A DNA stretch of 63,558 bases, the filler included, from Octopus bimaculoides (taxonomy: Eukaryota), in assembly GCF_001194135.2 (NCBI RefSeq). It is 5 parts of 5 records of this genome, joined end to end, with 100 filler letters (N's around TTAATTAATTAA, not from the genome) between each part and the next. Parts side by side here need not be neighbours in the genome. Positions count along the whole stretch, not along the records: positions 1 to 22,118 come from NC_068991.1; positions 22,219 to 39,244 come from NC_068992.1; 3 more parts are not named here. One strand, given 5' to 3'. Position 1 is the first letter of the stretch, and every line of letters starts with the position of its first letter. Below, piece by piece: positions 11,618-25,931 of the stretch. Under the pieces are notes generated by a model that was given only the letters and a program-made list of their open reading frames with translations, did no database searches and had not been told where the DNA came from. Both the position numbers and the translations under genes were made by a program.

Positions 11618-12663
11618 NNNNNNNNNNNNNNNNNNNNNNNNNNNNNNNNNNNNNNNNNNNNNNNNNNNNNNNNNNNNNNNNNNNNNNNNNNNNNNNNNNN
11701 NNNNNNNNNNNNNNNNNNNNNNNNNNNNNNNNNNNNNNNNNNNNNNNNNNNNNNNNNNNNNNNNNNNNNNNNNNNNNNNNNNNNNNNNNNNNNNNNNNNN
11801 NNNNNNNNNNNNNNNNNNNNNNNNNNNNNNNNNNNNNNNNNNNNNNNNNNNNNNNNNNNNNNNNNNNNNNNNNNNNNNNNNNNNNNNNNNNNNNNNNNNN
11901 NNNNNNNNNNNNNNNNNNNNNNNNNNNNNNNNNNNNNNNNNNNNNNNNNNNNNNNNNNNNNNNNNNNNNNNNNNNNNNNNNNNNNNNNNNNNNNNNNNNN
12001 NNNNNNNNNNATCGTGCAATTCACTATATATTTACATTTAACAGAGTTTTCTGCAAAAATAAAAATAATATATATTATTTGAACTCTTAAAATCAAAAAC
12101 CAATATTCTAATTTTTTAAAATAGTGTACCCAAATGACCATAATTTACTTAAAATGCACACAGTACTTCCTTCCCTCCCTCCCACTCAGAGTTTAATTCG
12201 GTTGACATGTTTGCAGTTATAATTTGCATTTATATTAAGACTTTCCTAGCGGGGCTCCCTAGAGAAGTCACGCTTTGTAAAAAAAAAAAAAAAAAAATCC
12301 TGTTTCAATTCTGATGTATAATTTTATAGATGTTAATAAAGATATTTCATTATGTTTTAGATTTAGTTCCATACTAAAGGTTGTTGAAAATACGACATTC
12401 GAACGCATTTTATTATGTTAAGAATTTCAGTTATTTTTTTCGATTTTGTTCCATAGAAAATTCTGTCTTAAGAGTAAAACCCGAACGTATGTGGCAAGCA
12501 TAATAATAAGGACTAGCGAAATCGATGGAGTTTCCACGGGTTTCTTCAGTGAAAGGTAATTAAATGAAAATAACTTATTCATTTAATACATTTCCTTCCA
12601 AAAGTAAAATAGCTTTTAATAATAATAGCTCGTCGATTAAATAGGTTTAATGCACATTTTCTT

Positions 12664-12822
12664 AAGGCGGTGACCTGGCAGAATCCTTAGCAGGCCAGGC
12701 AAAATGCCTAGCATCATTTCGTCCGTCTTTCTGCCTCAAGGTGGGAACTGGGCTCGATTAAATCGACTTAGTCCCTCCCCACAAACTGCTGACATTGTGC
12801 CAAAAGTTTGAAACCAATATTG
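12664..12822 (+). mobile_element. Family-A SINE with an internal deletion
   Basis: aaggcggtgacctggcagaatccttagc...gtgccaaaagtttgaaaccaat. Confidence 0.7.
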
Positions 12823-13534
12823 TCAACCAAGTCAACCAAGAAAAGAACTAGGGGTAGGGTAGGCCGAGAGAATGAGATCGTTCGAGAATATCCGCAGTTT
12901 CACTGTTGTTCGCACATCGGAATCCAGCCCGAAAAATTTAAAGACAGTTGGTTCTGATAATACTCTATGGAGAAGTAACTGAGGACTCTAATCCACGACA
13001 CACGTAAGGTAGAGAAGAAGGATAGATGGATGCATGGACTTAAAATATGGATACAGATATTTTCATTAGTAAAAGAAGTTACCGCTTTCAAATAATATTT
13101 CTAGAGGATGATTCAAGAGGGTACATAAAAATGAAAGTACTTTTGTATTGATATATAATTCATGATTTAAGTCGGTGACGTGGCAGATTCATTCAAATGT
13201 CTGTAAAACATCTTTTGGTATTTAATACATCGGTTTGCATTCCGAGTGCAATTTCGAATAAATTTCCAGAGTGTGACACAAAACGTAGGCGTCTACTTTT
13301 ATTGCATTCAGGTATAGGTATCATAAATTCTGATTTATATGTTTCTCCTTTATTAAAATATAATTTTATTATTTTCGCAGCACATTGAGTTCTGTATCGC
13401 AATGCATTGTTGGATAAATTACTGATCAAAATCTACATTGTCCAGCATGGCTTTTTTTCTTTTTTAAACTGTTTCGAGTAATGTTTAACTGCATTTCCTC
13501 CTATATCAAGCAACCACATAAAGGCTTTATCGTT

Positions 13535-13990
13535 AGTTCGTGCTAGTGATGTTGGTAGTAGAGGGCGTGGTGGTAGAAGCGATGCCGATCGCGGTTATGT
13601 TAATGTCGTTGTCACTGTTGTTGTTGCTGTTATGTTTGTCCTGTTGTATTGGTGTTGGTGGTTGCAATAATAGCAATGACACCCCAAGAGTTAATGGTTT
13701 CTGTGGGAGTGGTAGAAGCAAAAATAGCGGAGGTGATAATGTAATTGAATATATAACAATGATAGAAACAGAAGTGTTGGATCGGTGGTGGTTGGTAGTG
13801 GTGGTGGTAGAAGGTATGGCACGAATGGTGGTAATTGTAGTAGTATATATAGAACAGGTGGTAATGGCTTATGTAGTGGTGAAGTTGGCAGGCGTTGTGA
13901 TGATGGTAGTAGCGGTAGTAGTGGTGGTGGTGCTGGTAATAGCAGAAGCAATAGTGGCGGGAAAAGGATATATAACAACGGAAACTATAG
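13535..13990. repeat. GGT/AGT/GTT-rich low-complexity trinucleotide mosaic (similar tracts at 15140-15320 and 17990-18310)
   Basis: Cryptic trinucleotide simplicity; ORFs across it are V/L/G/S homopolymer-like. Confidence 0.7.
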
Positions 13991-14114
13991 TTATATATAC
14001 CACTAAACTAAGTTACATATATCAAACAGTTTTGTTTATATTAACATGCAGTGAAAGCTAACAACATATGCAATACACACAACACATACAAGATACAAAG
14101 AAAAATAATTAATA

Positions 14115-14252
14115 CGGCCGTGGCTCTGTGGTAAGAAGCTTGCTTCCCAATCACATGATTCTGGGTTCAGTTCCACTGCGTGGGACCTTGGGCAAGAGTC
14201 TTTTGCTATATACTCGGGCTGACCAAAGCCTGTGAGCGGATTTGACAGACGG
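14115..14252 (+). mobile_element. tRNA-derived CORE-like SINE (family C), head only, runs into a gap
   Basis: gtggctctgtggtaagaagcttgcttcccaatcacatgattctgggttcagttccactgcgtgggaccttgggcaag contains the CORE-like gaccttgggcaag motif. Confidence 0.85.
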
Positions 14253-15509
14253 NNNNNNNNNNNNNNNNNNNNNNNNNNNNNNNNNNNNNNNNNNNNNNNN
14301 NNNNNNNNNNNNNNNNNNNNNNNNNNNNNNNNNNNNNNNNNNNNNNNNNNNNNNNNNNNNNNNNNNNNNNNNNNNNNNNNNNNNNNNNNNNNNNNNNNNN
14401 NNNNNNNNNNNNNNNNNNNNNNNNNNNNNNNNNNNNNNNNNNNNNNNNNNNNNNNNNNNNNNNNNNNNNNNNNNNNNNNNNNNNNNNNNNNNNNNNNNNN
14501 NNNNNNNNNNNNNNNNNNNNNNNNNNNNNNNNNNNNNNNNNNNNNNNNNNNNNNNNNNNNNNNNNNNNNNNNNNNNNNNNNNNNNNNNNNNNNNNNNNNN
14601 NNNNNNNNNNNNNNNNNNNNNNNNNNNNNNNNNNNNNNNNNNNNNNNNNNNNNNNNNNNNNNNNNNNNNNNNNNNNNNNNNNNNNNNNNNNNNNNNNNNN
14701 NNNNNNNNNNNNNNNNNNNNNNNNNNNNNNNNNNNNNNNNNNNNNNNNNNNNNNNNNNNNNNNNNNNNNNNNNNNNNNNNNNNNNNNNNNNNNNNNNNNN
14801 NNNNNNNNNNNNNNNNNNNNNNNNNNNNNNNNNNNNNNNNNNNNNNNNNNNNNNNNNNNNNNNNNNNNNNNNNNNNNNNNNNNNNNNNNNNNNNNNNNNN
14901 NNNNNNNNNNNNNNNNNNNNNNNNNNNNNNNNNNNNNNNNNNNNNNNNNNNNNNNNNNNNNNNNNNNNNNNNNNNNNNNNNNNNNNNNNNNNNNNNNNNN
15001 NNNNNNNNNNNNNNNNNNNNNNNNNNNNNNNNNNNNNNNNNNNNNNNNNNNACACACACACACACACAGACGCATACGCATTCATACGCAAAGGACCGAT
15101 TCGTACACATACATACACATTACTCCCATATGACAGATGGTAGTGTTGGTGGCGGTAGTGTTATTTGTAGTGGCGGTGGCGATGATGGTGGAGTGAGTAT
15201 GGATGTGATGCTGGTGATGCTGGTCATTTCATTGTTGTTGTTGCTGTTGTTGTTGTTGGTACTATTGTCGTCGTCGTCGTCGTCGTTGTTGAGGATGATG
15301 ATGATGGTGATGCTGATGACCTGTGATAGATGGGTTCTTTAAATAAACGTACAGTTTATGTCTCAGTAAATACCTGTACACACACATACACACAACCGCA
15401 TACACACACATATATAAATATACATTCACTTGGACATACACATACATACAGAACAACCTCTAAGAACATATACGCATACACGTACCGAGATATTTGCAAA
15501 CACACACAG

Positions 15510-15539
<30 letters not shown>

Positions 15540-15542
<3 letters not shown>

Positions 15543-15810
15543 AACACACACACGCACAAAACACACACATGCTCATAAAAAACATTTACGCAAACACACA
15601 AATACCACACACACGCACACACGCATCCTCATAAAAATATTTACACAAACACACAAATACCACACACACACACACACACACACGCACACACAAACACACA
15701 CGCGCACAAAAACACACACATGCTCATAAAAAACATTTACGCAAACACACAAATTAAACACACACGCACACACGCATCCTCATAAAAATATTTACACAAA
15801 CACACAAATA

Positions 15811-15864
<54 letters not shown>

Positions 15865-15965
15865 AAACATACACGCATCTTCATAAAACATTTACACAAA
15901 CACACATGCATCCTCATAAAAAAAAATTACGCAAACACACAAATGCCACACACATGCACACACTA
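15540..15965. repeat. Compound minisatellite of ~150-170-bp (CA)n-laced units, ~2.5 copies
   Basis: catgctcataaaaaacatttacgcaaacacac and cgcatcctcataaaaatatttacacaaacacacaaatacc recur in register. Confidence 0.8.
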
Positions 15966-17794
15966 ATTCAGACATACATAAACACAGACACATACACCCC
16001 ACACTGGTACTTTGTCAGTCACGATGGGGTGGGCTCCAGTCGATCCGATCAATGGAACAGCCTGTGCGCGCACACAAACTCACGCACGAACACAGACACA
16101 CGCACTGGCGCACACACAAGCCAGTACACGCATACACGTACTGACTCTTACACAGGCACACACGCACAACTAACCTGCTCATACGATCATACAAGCACAC
16201 GCGTCAAGACTGGCGAAGTAAACGACAAACGGACAGAAAAACACATATGTATAGAATATAGCTTCTTGATTTGAGACTAGTATAATCAATCTAAGATGGC
16301 GCAATCGTTAGACAAAATACTTTGCGGTATTTATGTAAGTTTAAATCCCGCCGGGGGCTGCTATGTTTTTCATCCATTCGGAATCGATAAATTAAACTAC
16401 CGATCTAATATTCAGAATTAATGGGCTTGTGCCAAAAATTTGAATGGATTAATATCATTGCTATTGAGTGAGAGAGCAACGCATGCTATCAAAGTGACAC
16501 TGGGGGTACAAAAATATGAAGCCCAATATATTTATCGTGAATACCTGTCTGATATGGGTGCACCAGGCGCATGCATCACAGCCATATGTGCGCAATATGG
16601 TGATTTCATATCAAGATAAACAGTGCATGATTTTGAATGTGGCGTCTAAGTTGAAATTTATATTCTCCAGAGCGTGTAGTCCATTCCGCTCAAAAGGTCC
16701 CTGAATAATGGTTGTTTAAAGATGATGAACGAAACGACTATGTTTCCTGAGGCGAATTATTCAAGCCCTAAAGAATTCTTCTCAACACATGGCTATGATG
16801 CTCCGCCACTACTTCTGCTCATGATCAGAAATGCACATATCGTCAGCCACCAAGGGACATGTTCAGCTGGTTAAGGCCAAACAACTGACAAGCAATGAGT
16901 AGAAATGAATACCGCCAACCATTTTGTCCAGGTCACCACCTTAGATTTATATATAATACATGTAAACGAAACAAATTTAACACTTGGAAAGCGTTAACAG
17001 AAGTAAGATATTATACATAAGTGTGTCTATATATATNNNNNNNNNNNNNNNNNNNNNNNNNNNNNNNNNNNNNNNNNNNNNNNNNNNNNNNNNNNNNNNN
17101 NNNNNNNNNNNNNNNNNNNNNNNNNNNNNNNNNNNNNNNNNNNNNNNNNNNNNNNNNNNNNNNNNNNNNNNNNNNNNNNNNNNNNNNNNNNNNNNNNNNN
17201 NNNNNNNNNNNNNNNNNNNNNNNNNNNNNNNNNNNNNNNNNNNNNNNNNNNNNNNNNNNNNNNNNNNNNNNNNNNNNNNNNNNNNNNNNNNNNNNNNNNN
17301 NNNNNNNNNNNNNNNNNNNNNNNNNNNNNNNNNNNNNNNNNNNNNNNNNNNNNNNNNNNNNNNNNNNNNNNNNNNNNNNNNNNNNNNNNNNNNNNNNNNN
17401 NNNNNNNNNNNNNNNNNNNNNNNNNNNNNNNNNNNNNNNNNNNNNNNNNNNNNNNNNNNNNNNNNNNNNNNNNNNNNNNNNNNNNNNNNNNNNNNNNNNN
17501 NNNNNNNNNNNNNNNNNNNNNNNNNNNNNNNNNNNNNNNNNNNNNNNNNNNNNNNNNNNNNNNNNNNNNNNNNNNNNNNNNNNNNNNNNNNNNNNNNNNN
17601 NNNNNNNNNNNNNNNNNNNNNNNNNNNNNNNNNNNNNNNNNNNNNNNNNNNNNNNNNNNNNNNNNNNNNNNNNNNNNNNNNNNNNNNNNNNNNNNNNNNN
17701 NNNNNNNNNNNNNNNNNNNNNNNNNNNNNNNNNNNNNNNNNNNNNNNNNATATTTATATATTCACACGTTTTATATTTGCTTGCAAACGTATAA

Positions 17795-17833
<39 letters not shown>

Positions 17834-18322
17834 TATATACACATATATTTACATATATATAGATATATGTATGTATGTGTGTGTATGTGGAGAGAATGAG
17901 GAGGGTGAGTGGGAGAGAGCATGAATTAAATTTAGTAGCTATTATTGGATGATTGATCGTATACACAAGCATTTGAGTTTCGTGTGTAAATTTAGTGTCG
18001 TATACTGTTTCATATCTACTATGTGTTATACTAGTGGGGATGATAGTGATGTCGGTGATGGTGCTGCAGGTGTTGGTGATAATGTTGGTACTTGTGGTCG
18101 TGGTGATGAGATTGTAGTGGGAACTGGTGGTGGTAGTGTTGGTCATTGTGGTGGTTTTGGCGATCGTGCTGTTGGTACAATCAGTGGTGTTTGGGGTGCT
18201 GTTGGTGTTGGTACCGGTGATGGTATTGTGGTAAGGTTTGTGATGATATTTATGCTGGTGTCTGTGATTGTATAGGTGATTTATTTGTGGTGTTGTTAAT
18301 AACAGCATTACTGTTGTTGTTT

Positions 18323-18560
18323 GTGGAGACGCGTGGCTTAGTGGTTAGGGTGTCGGACTCCTGATCGTAAGATTGTGGTTTCGATTCCTGGACCGGGCGA
18401 TACATTTTGTTCATTTTGTTCTTGAGAGAAACACTTCATTTTACGTTGCTCCACTCCAGTCAGCTGGTAAAAATAAGCCGTCCTGCGACAGACCAGAGTT
18501 CCGTCCACGTGAGAGATATATACGCTATGGAAATCGGGAAACCGGCCCTTATTAGTCTAT
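18323..18560 (+). mobile_element. tRNA-derived SINE related to family B
   Basis: tggagacgcgtggcttagtggttagggtgtcggactc...gtttcgattcctggaccgggcg head, then a gttcttgagagaaacacttca core-like motif. Confidence 0.75.
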
Positions 18561-18664
18561 GACTAGTGAAGGAAATTTACTTTTTACTATTGTTTGTGAT
18601 GCTTTTTGTGATGGTATAGGTGATAGTGCAAGTGGTCCAGATGTTGATCGTATACTTATTGTTG

Positions 18665-18940
18665 TTGTTTGTTCCATCTCCAGTCATGCAGTTTCCCGGT
18701 TTCATTGGCGTATAGGTTCCCCACCTGGACGGGACGCTGGTCCGTCGCAGGTGAGCTACTAGATGCAGGAGGAAAGAGTGAGAGAAACTTGTGGCGAAAT
18801 AGTCTGTAGAAGTTCGCCATTGCGCATGGAGCTTAGGTGTTTCGCTCATAAACACACACATCGCCCGGTCTGAGATTCGAACCCGTGGTCCCTCGATCGT
18901 GAGTCCACTGCTCTAACCACTAGGCCATATGCCGCCACGA
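18665..18940 (-). mobile_element. tRNA-derived SINE related to family B
   Basis: Reverse strand: gtggcggcatatggcctagtggttagagcagtggactcacgatcgagggaccacgggttcgaatctcagaccgggcgatg. Confidence 0.75.
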
Positions 18941-19449
18941 TCGCACACTTGGATTCTGTAAAATTTACACTTTTTAATTTGAATCAGTAGAAAATACGAA
19001 AATTTCTAGGAGCATCCTTTGACGAGAAGAAATAACAGATAGAGGTACTGAAAAATGACATGGAGTCGAATAGAAGTGAAAATACATTATCAGACAAATA
19101 AAGAAAGAATGCATGGTACTTCAATGCCACCCTGTTTCATTCGCGGTTGCTGTGCATTTAGAAACCTTGAGTTTTCCATTTCAATCAATATCATACACTT
19201 ATGATATTCTGTAGGCGCCAGTTATAATTCAACAATGTTGCTGTATTCCGCTTCCGTTTACGTCTGAAAATGATGCGTAGTTAAACAACGTGTCATAAAC
19301 CTATCTTCCATTATATATAAATGCAGAGTCTATGCTCTCCTGTGGTGTTCAGAAGTTTAGTAGAGCTGACCTCTGCTTCATATATTATCGACTCCGTATT
19401 GCATAACTACACGAGAGAGCAGGCATTCGAGTTTCTACTACACGACATA

Positions 19450-20100
19450 ACTTCTGATAATCTAGTTTGCTTGTATGTTATAATTTACTTTGTGTTTAGA
19501 GCACAGCCGTAACTCCCTTTTAGTTAATTACTAATAGTTTTCGGTGTCAGAGCAATATACTGGTTTTCTTCCTCGATTATGTTAACATCCGTAGCATAAC
19601 TGATTTCAAATACTATGCGTACTTACTTTTCTCCATTTCAGATCATTATCTCTGGTTTGTAATGCGTTCATTTTACTGAAGTTTTGGTAGCGAAATTGGT
19701 CGATATTCTTGGCTGAATATACTCTCAACAGTACTATAAATACTACCACTTTTATCTCACGACTACCATTTCTATGGATTGTATTGTACTATATAATATC
19801 TTCGCCACGACTTCATGCCTTGTAGTTAGATAAGAATCATGATGACATTTTCGGAAAGCAACCTATGATGTAGGTGACAACTTCGGTGTCGAATCCACAA
19901 GCACCGCATCAGTTGTCAAGTCTAAGTATCGCTGTCCTTCCTGTACATCTGGTTGTGTGCTGTTATTTCCAGTTCCTGCGTTGCTTCAAAAGGAGGATAT
20001 AATATACTAGTTATTGTTCAAAGATAGGCGACTATAGTTTCATATATTACTGTCACTTTGAAGAATTCAGTCCACAAGCCATGCATGAATATCTGCTGAT
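19450..20100 (-). pseudogene. Old degenerate R4/Dong-like LINE C-terminus (CCHC zinc knuckle + PD-(D/E)xK endonuclease)
   Basis: Hand translation with stops and frameshifts gives CGACGFDTEVVTYIIGCFPKMSS..YLTTRHEVVAKILY and KTSVK.THYKPEIMI.NGEK.VRIVFEISYATDVNI, matching VVEISCPADGNI at 8140-8200. Confidence 0.65.
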
Positions 20101-20880
20101 ATGCATACAGCCTTTTCCTTTCACCACCTTAAAGTGGCAGCTGTGTCTAACGTCACTGTATGTATATCATCATCGGTCATACTAACCGCTGTTTCTAATT
20201 CAGACTCATATGCATTCTATCGATATCTATTTGTCGAATTGCTAAGTTACATTAGGACTTTACAAATATAAAAACTGGAGTCGATTTGTTCGACTTCGAG
20301 GTGCTGGTCCAGCTTAGCCTGCACTCTAATAACTGAAACAAGTAAAAAGCAAAAGAATTATTGCAATGATAAATATCTTTATTCTTAATACAAATTCAAA
20401 CAGGCTCTGTACATAGGTCAATCATAATCGTCTTGAATATTCAACATTATTTAAAAACAGATTATTCTGCATAATGTAATAATAAATATCTTAATGCATA
20501 ATGCAATTTTAAACAGGGTTTCTTTACAAACAGATGTATTAATTCTACACAGATTTTAATCATATTTCTGCTTCTCGAAACAGAGAAACTTATTATTTTT
20601 ACATTCTCCATAAATTGTTGTCACATCAATTTTCACGTTATGCTATGAAAAACTAGGCGTGTATATCATTTGATATGCTTATATTTGGATTCATGTGGAA
20701 ACGTGTACGTACATACATCCATACATAGAAACGCTAACACTTACACTACAGACATACATTCTACATAAGCGTGTGTGTGTGTGTATATATATATATACAT
20801 ACATTTTCCTCTTTTTATATATGTATGTGTGTATGTATGTATGTATGTATATATTAACTGCATGTTATATATATATATGT

Positions 20881-20915
<35 letters not shown>

Positions 20916-20925
20916 NNNNNNNNNN

Positions 20926-20966
<41 letters not shown>

Positions 20967-21164
20967 ATATACGTACACAAATATGCATATTTATATTACA
21001 TTAATAAATATATATACATATGCGCGAATATACTTATATATATATATATATATATATATTATTACAATTTTGGAATTTTTCCAATAGAACCGCAACTCCT
21101 ATTTCAGGATAGCCTTATTGTATGGAATACACATAGAAAGTTACATCCAATAAAATAATATAAG

Positions 21165-21196
<32 letters not shown>

Positions 21197-21221
21197 CACA
21201 CATATAATATCCTCTATACAC

Positions 21222-21309
<88 letters not shown>

Positions 21310-22078
21310 TTATATACTTGTATATGTATATGTATGTATGTGTGTGTGTATGCGTGTGTAAGAATGCTTAAATTATAAATAGTGGTCTTAAATCTCTCCC
21401 AATTTGGGGCTGATATATAAATATAAAAACCATTGGAAATATTTTCTTTGCCGATATTGTACATATGGTATGTCTTTGTTATTTGTAGCTCTTAATTGTG
21501 AAGTAAAAACTAATATAACAGACCTTCCTCCGGGCCAGATTACTTTATATCTGTGTTGCCGTTACTTTGCATTACAGCAATATGTCTGATATTCAGCTGA
21601 TGACTTGGAAGCGTACTTTTTTTTGTAATGTGTCAGTGTGATAAAGCTGTCTACTTTCGGTGGTTGCATTTATCTGCTGATTAAATTTGCTCCGCGTTTG
21701 CACGCATAAACCAGTTTGCATACACAGACATATCCATGCATTCATATATGTCTGTGCGGGTACTTTGTATCTGTATGCTGTGTGTGTGAGTGTGTGTGTG
21801 TGCGTATAGATATACATATGTAGACTCAAACACACGCGCGCGCGCGCGCGCAAACGAAGTTGCGTATTGTCCTTGACTTTGAAACGCGGAGTAGATGAAA
21901 CAGGGACCAAATGACGAAGGGTTATGCTCTTTATGTTGCGTGTCTCGTTTTCTGTTTTTGTTTCTCATTGTGTTTAACGTTTTGTTTTGATGTCGTGTAC
22001 CCATTTATGCATGTATGTATACATATAGATGTAGGTATGTACATATATATATGTGGATATATGCATATATTTATATAT

Positions 22079-22118
<40 letters not shown>

Positions 22119-22218
22119 NNNNNNNNNNNNNNNNNNNNNNNNNNNNNNNNNNNNNNNNNNNNTTAATTAATTAANNNNNNNNNNNNNNNNNNNNNNNNNN
22201 NNNNNNNNNNNNNNNNNN
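22119..22218. other. Artificial scaffold-join spacer (44 N + TTAATTAATTAA + 44 N)
   Basis: Exactly 100 bp with a six-frame-stop linker; identical structure at 39245-39344, 58854-58953 and 61909-62008. Confidence 0.95.
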
Positions 22219-22263
<45 letters not shown>

Positions 22264-22439
22264 AATTTGTATATATATATATATATAATCCCCTTTATAG
22301 ATGGCTATTATATTTTGTTACATGATTACATGCATATATATATATATAAATATGTATGCATATATACATATGTGTGTGTGCCTGTATATGCACGTATATA
22401 AACATGTATATATGTATAATGTATATACATACATATAGA

Positions 22440-22518
<79 letters not shown>

Positions 22519-22698
22519 TGCATATATGTATATATCATTAATCATATCATGCGAAATATTAATTCTTAAGAACAATGCTACGATCCTACAACGAGAAAAT
22601 CTAGTATTACGAGGAAAAAAATATGCAGGAATGATGAATGAGACTTATATTAGCTTCTTTATCTGGTTCATAATATTTTATTTCTCTCCCTCTCTCTT

Positions 22699-22729
<31 letters not shown>

Positions 22730-23293
22730 TCTTGTCTCCACTATTCCCTCTCTCTTTCTCTAACGTACATACGCCCCTTCTTTCCTTCTCTCCATTTCTT
22801 TCATCTAGTCATTCTATCCAACGTTTTTCGCTGTGTCCCTCATTATTTTCTCTCTTTTGTTCCCCATAATCTCTCTGACTCTCTCCTCTTCTTCGTGCCT
22901 ATATATATATATATATATATANNNNNNNNNNNNNNNNNNNNNNNNNNNNNNNNNNNNNNNNNNNNNNNNNNNNNNNNNNNNNNNNNNNNNNNNNNNNNNN
23001 NNNNNNNNNNNNNNNNNNNNNNNNNNNNNNNNNNNNNNNNNNNNNNNNNNNNNNNNNNNNNNNNNNNNNNNNNNNNNNNNNNNNNNNNNNNNNNNNNNNN
23101 NNNNNNNNNNNNNNNNNNNNNNNNNNNNNNNNNNNNNNNNNNNNNNNNNNNNNNNNNNNNNNNNNNNNNNNNNNNNNNNNNNNNNNNNNNNNNNNNNNNN
23201 NNNNNNNNNNNNNNNNNNNNNNNNNNNNNNNNNNNNNNNNNNNNNNNNNNNNNNNTTTATATATATATATATATATACATACATACATATTTG

Positions 23294-23333
<40 letters not shown>

Positions 23334-23755
23334 TACATGTGTGTGTATGTATGTGTAGGGCCGCGTGCGTGTACTGTCCAACACATCGCAATGATGTGAA
23401 TTGTGTGTCTTCACTAGATGCACTATTATGCTATCGAACAGCTACACGAATTGAAGCATAAGAACATACCATGCCACGCACACGTATTAATGCTGATACA
23501 GACAGCATATTGTAGCAAAACAATGGTAGTCAAAAGCACATAACTAAATCAAATTAAACACCTAAGCACGCGCACACACACACATACACATGTGCGTACG
23601 CACGCATATGAGTGTACATGCCTTAGCAATGCTGTCTAGCTCTTATGCACATAATCATTATCATATATTTTATGTACTTATCTACTTGCATGTATGCGTA
23701 TACATATATATGGGTGTACATCTGTGTGTGCGAGCGGGCGCCCGTGTGTGTTTGT

Positions 23756-23805
<50 letters not shown>

Positions 23806-23999
23806 TGTGGGCGTGCGTGTGTATTCGGCAAATTCCCTTTGAAATTCATTCTCGTTGAGCAAACAAAACTCAGTGATATAATTTGTTCCTTTCTGACAAT
23901 CATATTATTTTGTTGTAAAAACTTGAATAAGAATTTGACAATTGTGATTTAAAAAGTCGCAAATCTTTTTTTTTTTTTTTTTTTTTGGTGCAGCAATTC

Positions 24000-24800
24000 A
24001 TGATGGTTTGGGGAATCAATTTCTTTTTAAATTTCAGGTTTATATATGTTAGCGCTTGTGGCTTTTAGTCCTACCCAATGTAGTTGTTAATAAGATCTTT
24101 CCAAAATCCGTTAGTATCAGTTGGTTCAGCTAATCCATCATCACGATAATTGACGAGAAAAGACGGCCTATTTTAAGACGACTTATATGTACAAGCCTAC
24201 AAGAATGCCTAACTCTGTGCTACCTTATAACCACATACGCACATCAAAAATAGTTTCCGATTTTTTTCATCCAGATAATCTAAGGTTTGCCTTTTGGGAT
24301 TAGTTATTCCTTGATCAATTTCATCTGTCATAAAATTTTAGTCTAACCTCAGGACTTATCACAGAGAGAAGTTGTCGTAGAAGTCAACAATTTCAATTTG
24401 TGTTAATTTAGAATTACTCATATATTTAATGTTCATGAACCAGTCGATGACATCACTACTATTAATCAATCGTTGGGTTATTGAGGAAGTTTAATGAAAG
24501 ATTGATCTCCCTAATTATTCTTTTAGTGAATATTTTTAATTCAATCTTGGTTGTGTTGAAGAGTTTAAATCTAAGGTTGATGTTCAAAAATCTTCCACGT
24601 GAACCAAACTTTAGTATAAGATTTTCTTTCATGTTGGCATTCGATCTTATTATCTAATCCTATTTTCTTCGTTTATATTTAGCTTCTGAATTAACATCAA
24701 TAAATACTTAAGTAGATGTCTTTTATAATTCTTTTGAGATATTATCATCACGAACTAAATTGTATTGAATATGGTTCTATTTTATGTAAAATATTAATTT
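24000..24800 (-). pseudogene. Degenerate Penelope-like element reverse transcriptase
   Basis: Hand translation with frameshifts and stops: FKLFNTTKIELKIFTKRIIREIN, INSSDVIDWFMNIKYMSNSKLTQIEIVDFY, FDVRM...GSTELGILVGLYI, NYRDDGLA, KDLI. These follow the order of PLE RT motifs. Confidence 0.7.
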
Positions 24801-25845
24801 TGTCAGAAAATGAGAAAGAATTAGTTCAGTTAGTTCGTTTTTTAATATTGTTTTAATAAAATCTAAATAAGTTATAGGAGAGGTTTGTGCACTTATAAAA
24901 TTTTATGTTGTTAAACAGTTCTTATAAATCAGACAGCAAGTCTTTCTACTGCTAAGTTTAAAAGATAGAAGGGTTTATCTGAAAATTCTTTCTTTCTGGT
25001 GGAGGTAAGGGGCTGATGAGAACGATGACACCGCCCTTATGTAACGGTTTCCTTTCTTTTCATTTTTTTCCAGGGAATAAGATTCAATATTTGATGCTAA
25101 AATTCCAACTACAATGCATTAAATTTTGATCGTTTGAAAAAGTGGTTATACTAGTAAGATTGGTAGAGCAGGCAGCGCTTGTATAACGGGAATGTATATG
25201 TGTGTGTATATGTATTTTTTAGATACATGGGTATATATACATAAAATTACACACACACATACACATATACGTTAATTTATATACATAAATATATGTATAT
25301 ATACATACATATAACTATATATATTTATATAAATATACGTATATATATATATAAATACATATATATGTACACACACATATATATACTCACACAAACATAC
25401 ACACTCACACACACACACAAGTACACATATGTATGTATATGTATATGTATATAATGAGTTCTGTTTCTGTGTGCGCGTGTGTGTGAGTGAGAGAGAGAGT
25501 GTGTGTGTGTGTGTGTTTTTAGATGTATTCACGCGGATTTATGACTGCGCAGGCATTTCAATTATATTATGATTTCTAAACTGTTACAAAAATCAAAGAA
25601 ACTACTTTTTCCTTCCTGCTTCCTTCCTTCATCACTCCGTCTCTCTGTTTCCCAGAGTTAGGTACATACACATTGCACATACACACACACACATACACAC
25701 ACAGGCACACACACACACACATTCACACACATACATATATGTATGCATGTATGTAGTTATGTATGTATGTATGTATACTCGCACACAAAATTATTTCTGT
25801 ACGTGTATTTTTGTTGCATACACACATGCACAAGCACAGACACAC

Positions 25846-25931
<86 letters not shown>

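Noticed and set aside
12979-13022. CTGAGGA followed by a ctcta/tagag stem
   Set aside because: No GAAA box after the stem and no stems I or III. Similar incomplete hammerhead look-alikes at 32148 and 49512 were also rejected.
16455-16895. Complex segment that may be a dispersed repeat 3' end
   Set aside because: Only one copy in the window and no coding or terminal signature I can verify.
21835-21851. (CG)8 run with Z-DNA potential
   Set aside because: Short and contiguous with a (CA)n microsatellite; most simply a slippage variant.
22163-22174. TTAATTAATTAA islands inside N runs (also 39289-39300, 58898-58909, 61953-61964)
   Set aside because: Each is centred in an exact 100-bp spacer, so it is an artificial join linker and not biology. 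Adjacency across these joins should not be trusted.
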